A stretch of 64,000 nucleotides of DNA from IMG/VR virus record IMGVR_UViG_3300042691_055965, positions 124,001 through 188,000 of that record; one strand, given 5' to 3'. Positions 8,578-19,900 of the stretch are shown here, piece by piece; positions within the stretch are counted from its first letter, which is position 1; every line of letters begins with the position of its first letter. The translations under genes and the position numbers were made by a program. Below the pieces are notes generated by a model. It did no database searches. It was not told where the DNA came from and saw only the letters and a list, made by a program, of their open reading frames with translations.

Positions 8578-10548
8578 ATGCTACTATTTTTTACAGACCC
8601 AACCCTTGGTGAATTTTCAACTAAAGGTGAAACTTTTATGGGGATTGTCGAACAATTAAGATTATCATTAAAAGAGGGTATTGTACCTGAAACTGCCACT
8701 ACAACTATTACCGCAATGGACAACGAAGCAAAAAAACTTGCTCGTACAATAGGTAGCGGTGTCGTTGGAAATACAGATGACTTTAGGGAACAGTTATTTA
8801 CTATTTCTAAAAATGTAGTTGAGATAGGTTTAAGTTTTACTGATGTTACAGATGTAGTTGGTGATTTAGTGGCTGAAACAAAAAAATTGACTTTACCTTC
8901 AACCCAAGCAACAACAAAGATGTTAGAATTTTCAAAGGCGGTAGGACAAACTAGTAAAGAAACAGGTAAAATGGTTGGACAATTCATGACATTGACTTTT
9001 GGACAAAAAACCGCAATCAATGAAATGTCTAAAATAGCAAAACTTGCAAGACAAACCGGATTAGATGCTAAAACTCTTTTGAATACTATGTCTACTGAAT
9101 TGGCTAAAGTTAATTCGTACAATTTTAGAAATGGAAAAGATGGATTAAGTAAAATGGCGGCAGAAGCACAAAGGTTAAATACTACACTAAGTGATATAGG
9201 TGCATTTGCTTTGGCTGATAAATTAATAGACCCAGAAAATGCAATTGAAGTTGCAACAAGTATGAGTATGATAGGTGGTGCGGTTGAGGGAATGACTAAT
9301 CCATTTGCTTTAATGAATGACGCAGCAAACAACGTAGAAAATCTCCAAACTAAAATGATAGAAATGGCAAAAGGTGCCTTTAAAGTCAATGAAGCAACCG
9401 GAGAAATTGAAACAAACTTTATTGCTCAACAACGGTTAAGGGCTCAAATAGAATCGACTGGGGGAGATTATGAAAAGTTAATGTCACTTGGAAGAACGGC
9501 AGCAAAAGAACAACTAGTTCAAAACAAACTTTTATCGTCTGGTGTTGATTTGTCGAAAGTATCAGAGGAACAAATGAATCTTGTGAAATCTTTGACTGAA
9601 ATTGGTGAAGGAGGTAAATTAGAATTAAGAATACCTGGTTTTGAACAAACCGATTTGGTTAGTGCGATTGAAAAAAATCCCACACAGTTAACTGATGCTT
9701 TGAAAAAATATCAAGAAATGGCAGCATTGTCTGATAGGGATTTGGCAGAAAAAAGTTTGAATTTGGAAGAATTACAACAAATAGATACCCGTATAATTAG
9801 AGATGTTGTACTAACAAATCTTGGAAAAACTACTAGAGATCAACTTTTACTAGATATGGTTAATGCTCAAAAAGAGTTAGGTGGTAAGTTTGAAACTACT
9901 GCAGGTGTATTGGGAAAAGGGGCTGAAGAATTTATAACCGCTAGAGGACTACAACAGTTTTTTAATGCCGAAAAAACTAAAGTGGAAGGTAATTTGGGAT
10001 TAACGAAGGAAGATGTTAGAATTGCGGCTGAAAAAAGGGCAAGTAAAGCAAAATTGAAAACATTAAAATTTGATGCGGCTTCAGGTGTACTTAATGAAGA
10101 AGATGCTGCGTTTGGATCGACTAACACCAAAGTACTTTCTTTGGGTAAAGGTGAAATGTTTAAATTTATAAAAGAAGATGAGGCTATTTTTGCTCCAAAT
10201 GCAATAGAAAATCTTGGTATATTAAAAGATGTTTATATGCAAACAATGGGTGTGGCAAAATCAATACCTTCAGAAGTAAAATTAATCGAACCATCGGCGA
10301 CAAAAACAGGAGAAATAGCAAAACAAACAGTAGAAACAAACACAAATGTTGTAACGACTAATAAAAATGAGGACACCATTAATCTCAATATAAATCTAAA
10401 TATTGATGGAAAAAATCTACCAAACAACCTATCAGATATGTTATTTAAAAATCCATCGACTGTAAGAGAGTTAGAAAATAAAGTTATGGACACTTTAGAT
10501 AAACAAGACAGATTAAAAACAAGTAAAGGTAGATTTATTAAAAGATAA
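8578..10548 (+). CDS. tape measure protein
   Basis: 656 aa, Ala/Lys/Glu/Met-rich and helical; directly after tube and chaperones; C-terminal INLNINLNIDG segment. Confidence 0.75.
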   Translation: MLLFFTDPTLGEFSTKGETFMGIVEQLRLSLKEGIVPETATTTITAMDNEAKKLARTIGSGVVGNTDDFREQLFTISKNVVEIGLSFTDVTDVVGDLVAETKKLTLPSTQATTKMLEFSKAVGQTSKETGKMVGQFMTLTFGQKTAINEMSKIAKLARQTGLDAKTLLNTMSTELAKVNSYNFRNGKDGLSKMAAEAQRLNTTLSDIGAFALADKLIDPENAIEVATSMSMIGGAVEGMTNPFALMNDAANNVENLQTKMIEMAKGAFKVNEATGEIETNFIAQQRLRAQIESTGGDYEKLMSLGRTAAKEQLVQNKLLSSGVDLSKVSEEQMNLVKSLTEIGEGGKLELRIPGFEQTDLVSAIEKNPTQLTDALKKYQEMAALSDRDLAEKSLNLEELQQIDTRIIRDVVLTNLGKTTRDQLLLDMVNAQKELGGKFETTAGVLGKGAEEFITARGLQQFFNAEKTKVEGNLGLTKEDVRIAAEKRASKAKLKTLKFDAASGVLNEEDAAFGSTNTKVLSLGKGEMFKFIKEDEAIFAPNAIENLGILKDVYMQTMGVAKSIPSEVKLIEPSATKTGEIAKQTVETNTNVVTTNKNEDTINLNINLNIDGKNLPNNLSDMLFKNPSTVRELENKVMDTLDKQDRLKTSKGRFIKR

Positions 10549-10564
10549 AAAATCGTTTTAAATC

Positions 10565-10571
10565 TATTTAT
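10565..10571 (+). promoter_or_regulatory. TATTTAT element
   Basis: AATCTATTTAT, same context as at 8551-8561. Confidence 0.6.
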
Positions 10572-10587
10572 TATTAAAACAAATTAG

Positions 10588-13500
10588 ATGGAAAGTCCAT
10601 TGTCTTTTAATTCAAGTGAAAACTTTAGAAAAAAACTATTGGTAAGAAATTTACAACCCTATTCAGTGAATGGTGTTTTTAATGTGCCAAAGTTAGAAAA
10701 CAAAAAAGAAGTTATTTTGGTTGACTATTCTGTTATAGATTCACCTGAAATTGAAAAAGAACAAAAAAATCAAGAAAAAAAAATAATATCCAAAAACAAA
10801 TATAACCCAAACGACGGATTTGGTTTAGTGATTGACATTAATGCTGACAAAAACTATGAAACAAATTTTGGTAATTACGGTTTTAAAAACACGATTGGTT
10901 CTGTATTAGAAACAATTGGTAACAACTCAGAAAAGTTACTATACGTAAATAATTTATACGGTCCGGTTGATTTTTCATCATCATATGGTAACACCGTTGA
11001 TATTAATAAAAACCTTACAACAAATACTAATTTAGGTTTATATGGGTTTAATTTGACTTTTGGAAGTAAACTTGAAACGTTTGCAATACAAAAAGAAGTT
11101 GAATTAATTACAAAAAACCAATACAATCCAACAGAAAACGACAATAGGAGTACAGTTAATATTAATAATGATATTCAAACTGACGCAAACAAAGGACACT
11201 ATGAATATAAAAGTACTTTACAAAGTAAGTTACAAAATAACGGAATAGTAAAAAAAGACGAATTATTAATTGTCAATCAATATAACCCGATACAAGGACA
11301 AAGTAGTGGTGTTGTTAACATTAATAATAACAAACAAACTTTAGCAAACGAAGGTAACTATGGATTTGATAGTACTGTAGGTAGTACTTTAGAACTTAAT
11401 GGTGATTCACAAGAAATTATTCTTAGAACACTCAACAAATATAATCCTGAAAACGTACCTACAGGTTTTGGAAATACTGTAAGTTTTCCTACAGTTTCAC
11501 TATCATCCAATGCTGGACAATATGATTATGTGTCAAACGGACCAACTTTAACAACAGAACAATCACAAACAAATCAGTATGTTGTTAATATATTTGGACC
11601 GCCAAATGGTTATGGTGAAATCATAGACATTAATGCAAACGCTCAAACAAGATCGAATCAAGGTTTATATAGTTTTACATCATCAAGACCTCCACAAACC
11701 GCAGAACAATCAAGAACAATTGCTTATGTGTCAAACGTATATGGTCCTAATGACGATAATGGATATGGAAGTACCATTGTTGACATTGATATAAATTATC
11801 AGACAGAATCAAATAAGGGTGAATATGATTACACAGCATCAAGCCCAGGAAAAACTACGGAACAGTCGCAACAATACGGATACCAAAAAAATAAATTTAA
11901 TAGTGGTGAAGGTGAATTTGAACAAACAACAATAGAAGAACTTTTTCCTTCGTCAATCAATGCTCCTTATTTCAATAGTGACACTACTTTTTATTTTTTA
12001 GCATCAACATATTCACCACTTTCTATTTTAACTGAAGAAAATCCTACAGGAACCGATGGTCCTTTGAGTCAAGATTCAGATTTGGCTAAACTTGGGGCAA
12101 AACAACTTCAAAAAGAATTCAGAACACGAGTTGCTCTTGAGTTGTTCCAACAGACATTAGGAAGTAGTATTTTAACAAACTCATCTGTTACAACAATATC
12201 AGGTGAAATTAGTCCAAAACCTTCTTTCGATCCTTTTGATATATTAGGTGTTGTTACAAACAACATACCTTTAATAGAAAAAAATTATAAAATTACAGAA
12301 CCTGCGAATGTGGCGGTAGAAGCGTTAGGATTTGCGGCCAAACTTGCAGGTTTATATTCACCGTATTCATTAATACCTGGTGAATATTTTGATTACCCAA
12401 ATAGAAACTTTTTGAATCAACTTACAACAAATCCAATAGGTGCTTTCACATCAGGAGTTGGTGGGTTGTTGAATACGTTAGTTACGCCATTTATAGATTC
12501 AAGTTCAGAAAGGTTTCTTGCAAATACATCTAACGCAACAAAAAGTTTATTGTTTGGGCAATTATTTTACAACACATATCGACCACGTTACAGGTTGGAT
12601 TCGGCGAATGCAAATCTAACAGCACCAAAAGAAAATTTTTATATAGGTAAAACTAAAAACTTTGTAAGTGATACTGTCAGTCCTGCTAATGAAATTGCTG
12701 ACGGTGCTTTTGGTAAAAAGAATGTTGGTCCTGTTTTCGACTATGGGTTAATAGGGCAAGACTACGAAGGTAGTGAAGTTCAAAGAAAACTATTTGGATT
12801 GAAATCCTACCCTTACTACGACGCTCAAGGTGGACTACAAGGTGGTTTTTCATGGTCACCAAAAAGTAAAAATTATATAAAACCTGGACAATTAGTTGGA
12901 CCTCAAAATCAAGTTTTTCCGGGACAAACAGAATTCGAATCAGATACAACACTAAGAAGACAATTTGCGGAAACCGATTCATCAAAATTGAGTTTTACTG
13001 ACGGATCGATTTTAGACATAACACAAAAATTAGTTGAGGCGGGAGCAAAATCATCAAACACAAAAGGGCATGTAGGAAATGCAATTAATCAAGTTAGTAA
13101 AGTCTTTAATGATGGATATATAGAATTAACTAAAGGTTCAAGAGTAAGAAGATACCTAACACCAAATGCTATTCAAGAAGGTAATAAGGTTAAGGACATA
13201 GTAGGTTATGAATTTGCTAGACTTTTTACAAAAGATCGTCCTTTTGCTAATTATTCACAATTACAACAAAAAGATGGGATGGTTTATCAAGGAAGAAAGG
13301 CGTCTTATTCAGTTTTAAATAATTCATATAATTTAAATATTGCACCAATGAAAGGTGCTAGTGGGGTAGAATCATCAAATATTGTCGATGGTAAAGTAAA
13401 AAAATATATGTTTTCAATCGAAAATTTATCATGGAGAACATCAAACCGTCCTGGGTTTACCGTTGATGATTTACCAACTTGTGAAGTTGGACCGAATGGA

Positions 13501-16500
13501 GGAAGAATAATGTGGTTTCCGCCTTATGAATTATCATATGATGATACTTCAAGAACAGGTTGGAATCCAAATACTTTTTTAGGAAGGACAGAACCTATTT
13601 ACACTTACAAAGACACTGAAAGAACAGGTACATTGAAGTTCAAAATGATTGTCGATCATCAATCAGTTTTGAATATAATAGTAAATAAAGAATTAGAAAG
13701 AGCAGATTCATCTACTGCAACAAAAGTGGTTGATTCATTTATGGCGGGTTGTTTAAAATATGACATTTATGACTTATTAAAAAAATATAAACAATTCAAT
13801 TTGAGTGATGTCTTTTCTGTAATAAGTGCATTGAATCCAGATGCTCTTAGTACTTTAGTAAAAGAAACGTCAAACGCAACAATCCAAGGTGATGTTACTA
13901 TAGATCAAAATGCAAACATAGCGAATCAAGATACGGGGGCTAATAGTCAAACAACAACAACTGAAACGTTAGATAAGGACAAATTTCAGAACATACAATT
14001 ATTGTTTGGTATAGATACAATAACTGATCAGAATTACGATAGCGTTTACAATAGTTTGATTTCATTACAAAATACAATTATTAATCTAGCAAGTGATAAA
14101 ATTTATAATTACGATGGTACTGAAATTGTCGGTCCTTCAGCAAATTTTGGACTTGCAGATAACGTAGATGATAGACAGTCTTCAATACAAGGAGTATTTG
14201 ATTTTTTACCTACACAGTATGATTTATTCAAAGATATGTTGTCTAAAGTACTTAATACATTAAAAAATGGGTCGAAAGTCACTATTTCTATTGAAGGTTC
14301 CTCAAATATTAACGAAGGTGGTGGGGGTATTGGTTTAACACGTGCAAATTCTATTAAAAAAACAATCGAAGAATATACTGAAGGTGATGATAAAATGTCA
14401 AAATTTTTGGAATCAAGTCCACCACTTCTTACGTTAAACACAACAGACTTGGGGACACCTGTTATTAACATAGAAAATTATAGGGGTATTGATTGTTCGA
14501 AAGGGTTTTCAGATAACGGTGTTTTTCAAAATTCCGTTCAAGGAAATATGTGTCGAGCCACAAAGGTAAGTATTCAAAATGTTACGCCAGGAACCGGACA
14601 AGAAGGTACGTCAACAGCAACAACACCACCTGAAGGTGATTTAGCTAATCCATTTGCTGCTGATAATAGTAATGTTGATAATACACAAACACAATTATTA
14701 TCAAACCCTTATGTACAAAAAACAAAAAATGAAGACAAAACAAATGGTATAAGGGACGGTTTGACAAAAAGACTTTTAAGAAAATTACTTACCGAATGTG
14801 ATTATTTTGAAATGATTTCAGAAAGAAATTCATTTATATATGACGGAATAAAAAGTAAAATAAAAAACTTTCATCCTGCATTCCATTCTATGACACCTGA
14901 AGGTTTGAATTCTAGACTTACATTTTTACAACAATGTATGAGACCTGGTGACACAATACCAACGGCAGTTGAATCAGGTGAAGGTGAAATAGGTTTGCAA
15001 TATAATGATGTATTAAATAGTGCATTTGGTTCACCACCCGTATGTATTTTGAGGGTTGGTGATTTTTATCACACAAAGGTTGTTTTTGAAAGTTTAGATT
15101 TTAAATATGAAACACTTGATTTGAACGCTGACGGAATTGGAGTTCAACCAATGTTTGTTGATGTTACGTTAAGTTTCAAAATGATTGGTGGACATGGTTT
15201 AAGAGAACCAATTAATTCCCTTCAAAATGCATTATCTTTTAATTATTATGCAAATACTGAAATCTATGATGAAAGGGCGGAAGTTACAGAGGACTTTACG
15301 TCAAAGTATGATAGTGAAATTTTTGAACAAATCAAAAATGAAGTAGGTGTAGTTGATAATATACAAAGACCGGCAGTAAATGATGGGGGTGCAACTATAG
15401 GTATTGTTCAAAATACTTTTGTCGATCCACAAACTAATACCATTACTGGAACTATACGATACAAAGAAGTGATGGATGAAATGGTTGCTAAAACACAAGA
15501 ATATGCAAATGGGGTTCTTTCAACTATTGAACAACTTAAAAATGATACAATATGGGGTGGACTTGTTTTATACACCGCAGAAAGAAAATATAAAACAGGA
15601 TTATTTGATTACTTGTTAGGTAACATTACGAATTTAGTTAACATATTTGGTAAACCTGTTGGTTATCAAGACAGGGTAGATCAACTTTTCAAAAAAGCAA
15701 AAGATGATGTGGAAGATGATACATCACCAATTCTTGGTGGGATTTCATTACAAAATTTTCCAAATAATGAAGTTAGAAAAATCAAAAACAAACTAAAAAG
15801 TTTAATAAACGACAGAAAAAATAATTATTTACAGGCACTTGAAACAAACACTTCAAAGTTGATACAGTCACAACTAAATTTTATAAAATATAGTGACCAA
15901 ATTAACTATGTTTTAAGTCAAGTTGATGGTTATAAAAACAAAAGTGGTGGTGTTACAATATATAATATTTCTGGAACTACAGGTGTAAGTCCACAATCAA
16001 ACCCAGTACCTGCTGACACGTACATAGAATTACAAAACGACTTTTTGATTATTAAAGATGACTTGAATAGTTTAAACTCTGAACTTGGTAAGTATCAATT
16101 AATACCTTCAGGAACAACAGAATACAATGAATCGTTTGATTTTGATTTGTTTTTGTCAGCAAGTAGTGATAAAAATAATGTTTTCTTTATGATTTTCGGT
16201 AAAGAAATGTTAGAAGATAGAGGTACGGTTAAATTGGTTGATGAATTACTAGCGGCACTTCCAAATGATGTTATAAGTAAAAATAATTGGATTTTATTTT
16301 TGTATGAAAACCTCGGATTCGATGCGACAATGACGTTTAATGGGGAACCTACAGCGGAAATATCTGGAGGATTATATCAACAGTTCAAATCTTCTAAAGA
16401 TAAATTAGAACAAAATCTTAAAAATTTCAAAGATAACTTTTATAATATCAAGTTTCCAAATGGAACATATCTTCCATTTTCTAAATCAAAAAATAGGGTA

Positions 16501-16617
16501 TTTGATTTATCAGTGCAATTACCTGTGGTGCCGCCAGCGGATCAAAACTTACTTGCTTTATGGTCGACAGTTGACAGTACGGGTGAAGACTTTAACTTAA
16601 AGAAAAAAATGAATTAA
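10588..16617 (+). CDS. very large virion/baseplate protein (tube-initiator-like segments, N-terminal repeats, degenerate OmpA-like segment)
   Basis: 2009 aa; W..NTFLGRTEPIYTY..TERTG.LKF and FGSPPVCILRVGDFY.TKV..ESLDF segments resemble tube-initiator folds; follows tape measure. Confidence 0.55.
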   Translation: MESPLSFNSSENFRKKLLVRNLQPYSVNGVFNVPKLENKKEVILVDYSVIDSPEIEKEQKNQEKKIISKNKYNPNDGFGLVIDINADKNYETNFGNYGFKNTIGSVLETIGNNSEKLLYVNNLYGPVDFSSSYGNTVDINKNLTTNTNLGLYGFNLTFGSKLETFAIQKEVELITKNQYNPTENDNRSTVNINNDIQTDANKGHYEYKSTLQSKLQNNGIVKKDELLIVNQYNPIQGQSSGVVNINNNKQTLANEGNYGFDSTVGSTLELNGDSQEIILRTLNKYNPENVPTGFGNTVSFPTVSLSSNAGQYDYVSNGPTLTTEQSQTNQYVVNIFGPPNGYGEIIDINANAQTRSNQGLYSFTSSRPPQTAEQSRTIAYVSNVYGPNDDNGYGSTIVDIDINYQTESNKGEYDYTASSPGKTTEQSQQYGYQKNKFNSGEGEFEQTTIEELFPSSINAPYFNSDTTFYFLASTYSPLSILTEENPTGTDGPLSQDSDLAKLGAKQLQKEFRTRVALELFQQTLGSSILTNSSVTTISGEISPKPSFDPFDILGVVTNNIPLIEKNYKITEPANVAVEALGFAAKLAGLYSPYSLIPGEYFDYPNRNFLNQLTTNPIGAFTSGVGGLLNTLVTPFIDSSSERFLANTSNATKSLLFGQLFYNTYRPRYRLDSANANLTAPKENFYIGKTKNFVSDTVSPANEIADGAFGKKNVGPVFDYGLIGQDYEGSEVQRKLFGLKSYPYYDAQGGLQGGFSWSPKSKNYIKPGQLVGPQNQVFPGQTEFESDTTLRRQFAETDSSKLSFTDGSILDITQKLVEAGAKSSNTKGHVGNAINQVSKVFNDGYIELTKGSRVRRYLTPNAIQEGNKVKDIVGYEFARLFTKDRPFANYSQLQQKDGMVYQGRKASYSVLNNSYNLNIAPMKGASGVESSNIVDGKVKKYMFSIENLSWRTSNRPGFTVDDLPTCEVGPNGGRIMWFPPYELSYDDTSRTGWNPNTFLGRTEPIYTYKDTERTGTLKFKMIVDHQSVLNIIVNKELERADSSTATKVVDSFMAGCLKYDIYDLLKKYKQFNLSDVFSVISALNPDALSTLVKETSNATIQGDVTIDQNANIANQDTGANSQTTTTETLDKDKFQNIQLLFGIDTITDQNYDSVYNSLISLQNTIINLASDKIYNYDGTEIVGPSANFGLADNVDDRQSSIQGVFDFLPTQYDLFKDMLSKVLNTLKNGSKVTISIEGSSNINEGGGGIGLTRANSIKKTIEEYTEGDDKMSKFLESSPPLLTLNTTDLGTPVINIENYRGIDCSKGFSDNGVFQNSVQGNMCRATKVSIQNVTPGTGQEGTSTATTPPEGDLANPFAADNSNVDNTQTQLLSNPYVQKTKNEDKTNGIRDGLTKRLLRKLLTECDYFEMISERNSFIYDGIKSKIKNFHPAFHSMTPEGLNSRLTFLQQCMRPGDTIPTAVESGEGEIGLQYNDVLNSAFGSPPVCILRVGDFYHTKVVFESLDFKYETLDLNADGIGVQPMFVDVTLSFKMIGGHGLREPINSLQNALSFNYYANTEIYDERAEVTEDFTSKYDSEIFEQIKNEVGVVDNIQRPAVNDGGATIGIVQNTFVDPQTNTITGTIRYKEVMDEMVAKTQEYANGVLSTIEQLKNDTIWGGLVLYTAERKYKTGLFDYLLGNITNLVNIFGKPVGYQDRVDQLFKKAKDDVEDDTSPILGGISLQNFPNNEVRKIKNKLKSLINDRKNNYLQALETNTSKLIQSQLNFIKYSDQINYVLSQVDGYKNKSGGVTIYNISGTTGVSPQSNPVPADTYIELQNDFLIIKDDLNSLNSELGKYQLIPSGTTEYNESFDFDLFLSASSDKNNVFFMIFGKEMLEDRGTVKLVDELLAALPNDVISKNNWILFLYENLGFDATMTFNGEPTAEISGGLYQQFKSSKDKLEQNLKNFKDNFYNIKFPNGTYLPFSKSKNRVFDLSVQLPVVPPADQNLLALWSTVDSTGEDFNLKKKMN
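10795..11905 (+). repeat. about 7-8 degenerate ~50-aa protein repeats (N.Y[NG]P...[VI][DN]IN...N.G.Y)
   Basis: NKYNP, NLYGP, NQYNP, NQYNP, NKYNP, NIFGP and NVYGP at roughly 50-aa spacing, each followed by N.G.Y. Confidence 0.75.
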
Positions 16618-16618
16618 A

Positions 16619-16936
16619 ATGCAATACTTTAACCGATATCAAAATTTTTTAATCAATGGTAATCAGACGGTTGTTCCATATGTTACGTTATCAACAAGGA
16701 CTACTGATCAAAGATATATCTATCGTGAAAATCAAAGTAGGCTTGATAAAATAAGTTTTGAAAAATATGGTACTCCTTATTTTGGTTGGTTAATTCTTGT
16801 GGCAAACCCTATTTATGGTGGATTAGAAACTAATATACCTGACGGGGCGGTATTAAATATACCTTATCCGTTGTTGGGTGCATTATTAGACTACAAAAAT
16901 GCGATAGATACACATATTTTTTATTATGGCAGATAG
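16619..16936 (+). CDS. LysM-like baseplate wedge protein (T4 gp53/P2 gpX-like)
   Basis: RLDKIS..YG.P..GWLIL.ANP...IPDG.VL.IP. Confidence 0.8.
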   Translation: MQYFNRYQNFLINGNQTVVPYVTLSTRTTDQRYIYRENQSRLDKISFEKYGTPYFGWLILVANPIYGGLETNIPDGAVLNIPYPLLGALLDYKNAIDTHIFYYGR

Positions 16937-19900
16937 ACTTACTAAAAACCCAATATATGTTGAAACAGATTATGACAACATAGTCTTGATCGATCCTAAT
17001 AAAATTGTTGTTAACAATGAAGTTAAAGACAGATTGGTAGATCATCAAGAGTTGGTTTTTTATGCTAACTTAGAAACAAGGGTGATTCCTAGAACAAAAC
17101 TTGCAATTGGTGAAAGTTTTGATAGTCCTGTAGTAAACACAACGGTGGCTAGTATGAAAGGTACAGTATCTGATCCTTCCACCGTTATAAATTTTTTACA
17201 ACCACTTGATAAAACACGATTTGACACAACATGGACTGATCAAATAACAGGAAAGGGTTCAAGACAAGGTTTAGGTTTAAATCAAACTAGTGAAACCGTT
17301 ACAAACAATAACGGTACTACTCGATTTTCAAGAAGTGTAAATAATTATTCAGACACACAAATGCTTGGTATAACTAGTATTGAAGTTACAAATCAGGGGT
17401 TTGGTGTTACAAGTGTTAGCGTTAATTTAGTTGATGTTCAGGGTAGAACATTATTTGAACAAGGTGAAAAATCGATTTATTCGGTTTTCTTTAATTTACC
17501 ATACCCGATGTTTTATCTTACCATAAAAGGTTATTATGGTAAATCTATTAGATATGCATTAAATCTTACAAAGTTTAATGCAAGTTTTGATCAATCATCA
17601 GGTAATTATGATATTTCTTTAACGTTTTTGGGAAGATACTCAGGATTATTGAGTGATGTTCTTTTGGACTATGCTAAAACAGCTCCAAAAATGTTCCCAA
17701 CAACAATACAAACATCTAACAGTAATCCTGGTGCATCAAACACATCAATACAAACAACCACTTCATCTGTTGGAAAACAAAAATTGGATGAGGTTTATAA
17801 AATTTACAAATCAAAAGGTTTAATTCCTCAAACCTTTCCGCATCTAACAATTGAAGAATTTGTTATGAGGTGCGACAACTTCAATTCTAATATGAAAGAT
17901 GCTATTGCAAAAGGTGATTTTGCGGTACTAAATGACATACAATCATATCGTGATGTATTGGATTCTTTGAAACAAACAGTTTATACAAATGTCTTAAACA
18001 AATATCTAGATACTTCCAACTTTATTGTTTATGATACTGAAATATACTACGCATTCAAAAATAATATTGATTTTGCGGTAAGAGAAAAAGTATTTGATGA
18101 TGTAAAAATAGAAATAACTGGAGCAATTGATAATTTGAAAAAAAACGCATCCTTTGGTGAAAATGGTTCTTATTTTGTTGGTTCACAAGAATTTACTGAT
18201 CAAAAAATCAACGTTATTTTGAAACCTGACGACGTTTTTGTTGAATTTGATTACACCCAATTAACTGAGGCGGATTATAAAAAAACATTAGAAGTAAGAT
18301 TAGGTAGAAGTGCAACAGATGATGAAATTGCATTATTTAAAGCGCAGTTGACAAAAGATTTTGAATTGTATACAAAAAGGTTAGACAAGGGAACAGGTAC
18401 TTTTGTCAATTCAATTCCCACACTTTTTAAGTACGGAGAAAAAGAAGTCGGTACAACAAATTACAAAACGGATAGTTTTTTAGATAAAATTAATAATTTA
18501 CTATCAACACTCAAAACCAAACAAGAAGAAATCGAACAAAATTTTTCTACATTGTTGGCTCAAGAATTGATTGCAAATGATGCGGGTTTAGGATTTGTAC
18601 CTACTATTAGAAATGTTTATGCTATCTTACTTGCTGGTGTTGATACGTTTTTTCGATTAATGGAAAGAACACATTTAGATTCTTGGAGTAAAAGAACTGA
18701 TCCCAAGAGACTGACATCAATAATACCACCTGATAAGAATTTTAGTACTGAAGCAAAAAATGTAGTAAACTATAGTGGTGAATTGAATGAAAGAAATATA
18801 GTTTATCCTTGGCCGACGTACTTTACTTTAGAAAAATTAGCGGATGGTAGACAACAATATACTGTTCAGTATTTGGCTGATCCTAAATTTGCAAGTGCCA
18901 CAAACGCATTCAATTATTCGATTTGGCCTGAAGTGTTTTTTACTGAAGAATACTTGGATGCTTCGATTAGAAAAATACCATTGACTCTATTATCAAGTTA
19001 CGTAAATCCAAAACTAAATACAAACTATGCGTCTTGTAATGCTATGGAATTTCCTTTTGAAACACAACCATATGAAGACACATCAGAAGTTTCTTTCTTT
19101 TATGAATTTTTTGAAAGATTGTTTTTAACTTCACACTATACAAATATATTTAGAGGTGACTATAAAACAGAACAAGTAGATAAATTTATATCTGACATGG
19201 AAGCACAAAACATTGTGCAAGTTTGTACAGATAACCCAACATTACTTGAAACATTAAAAAACATAAAATTAAACTACACAACATTAATTGATTACATAAA
19301 ATCAATATCTAATAGTGGAACTACTGATAATTGGGCACTTTTTGATAACGATTATTATACAAAAGACTATATAAAAAGTTTAGTAGAAAAAGATTACGGA
19401 TTATATAGTTTGGATACAATTGCTGGAAATTCAATAAAAATTGAAACAGCAATACCACTTGTAGAAAATTTTCAAAGATATTTAGAAAGTACTCAAACAA
19501 CACCTTATAATTATTTAGATGTTTTTCCTAAAATTCAATTTGAAGCGGAATACTTTAACGATACAACAAACATTACAATTTTTTTAGATGAAAAAAAGAC
19601 TTTAGCAAATTTAAAAGAAAATTCAAAAGGGGAAAAACTTTCATATTACGATTATGATATAAATGACACTTACAAAAACTATAACAATTTAATTTTTGTT
19701 ACACCTATAACAATAACACCAATAATAAATAGACAAACATTAATTGATTACTTTAGAGAATCATACGTCAATTATGGTGAAGATATATCAAAAAACTTTT
19801 TAACAAATGATGAATTTTATTATTCTTCTTATTCAGGTAATGTTATCGAAACTCAATTTACCACAATATTGAATTCACCAATTTTTACAAATGCGTTGTT

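Noticed and set aside
8544-9389. 281-aa minus-strand ORF
   Set aside because: Antisense shadow of the tape measure gene; no motifs or upstream element
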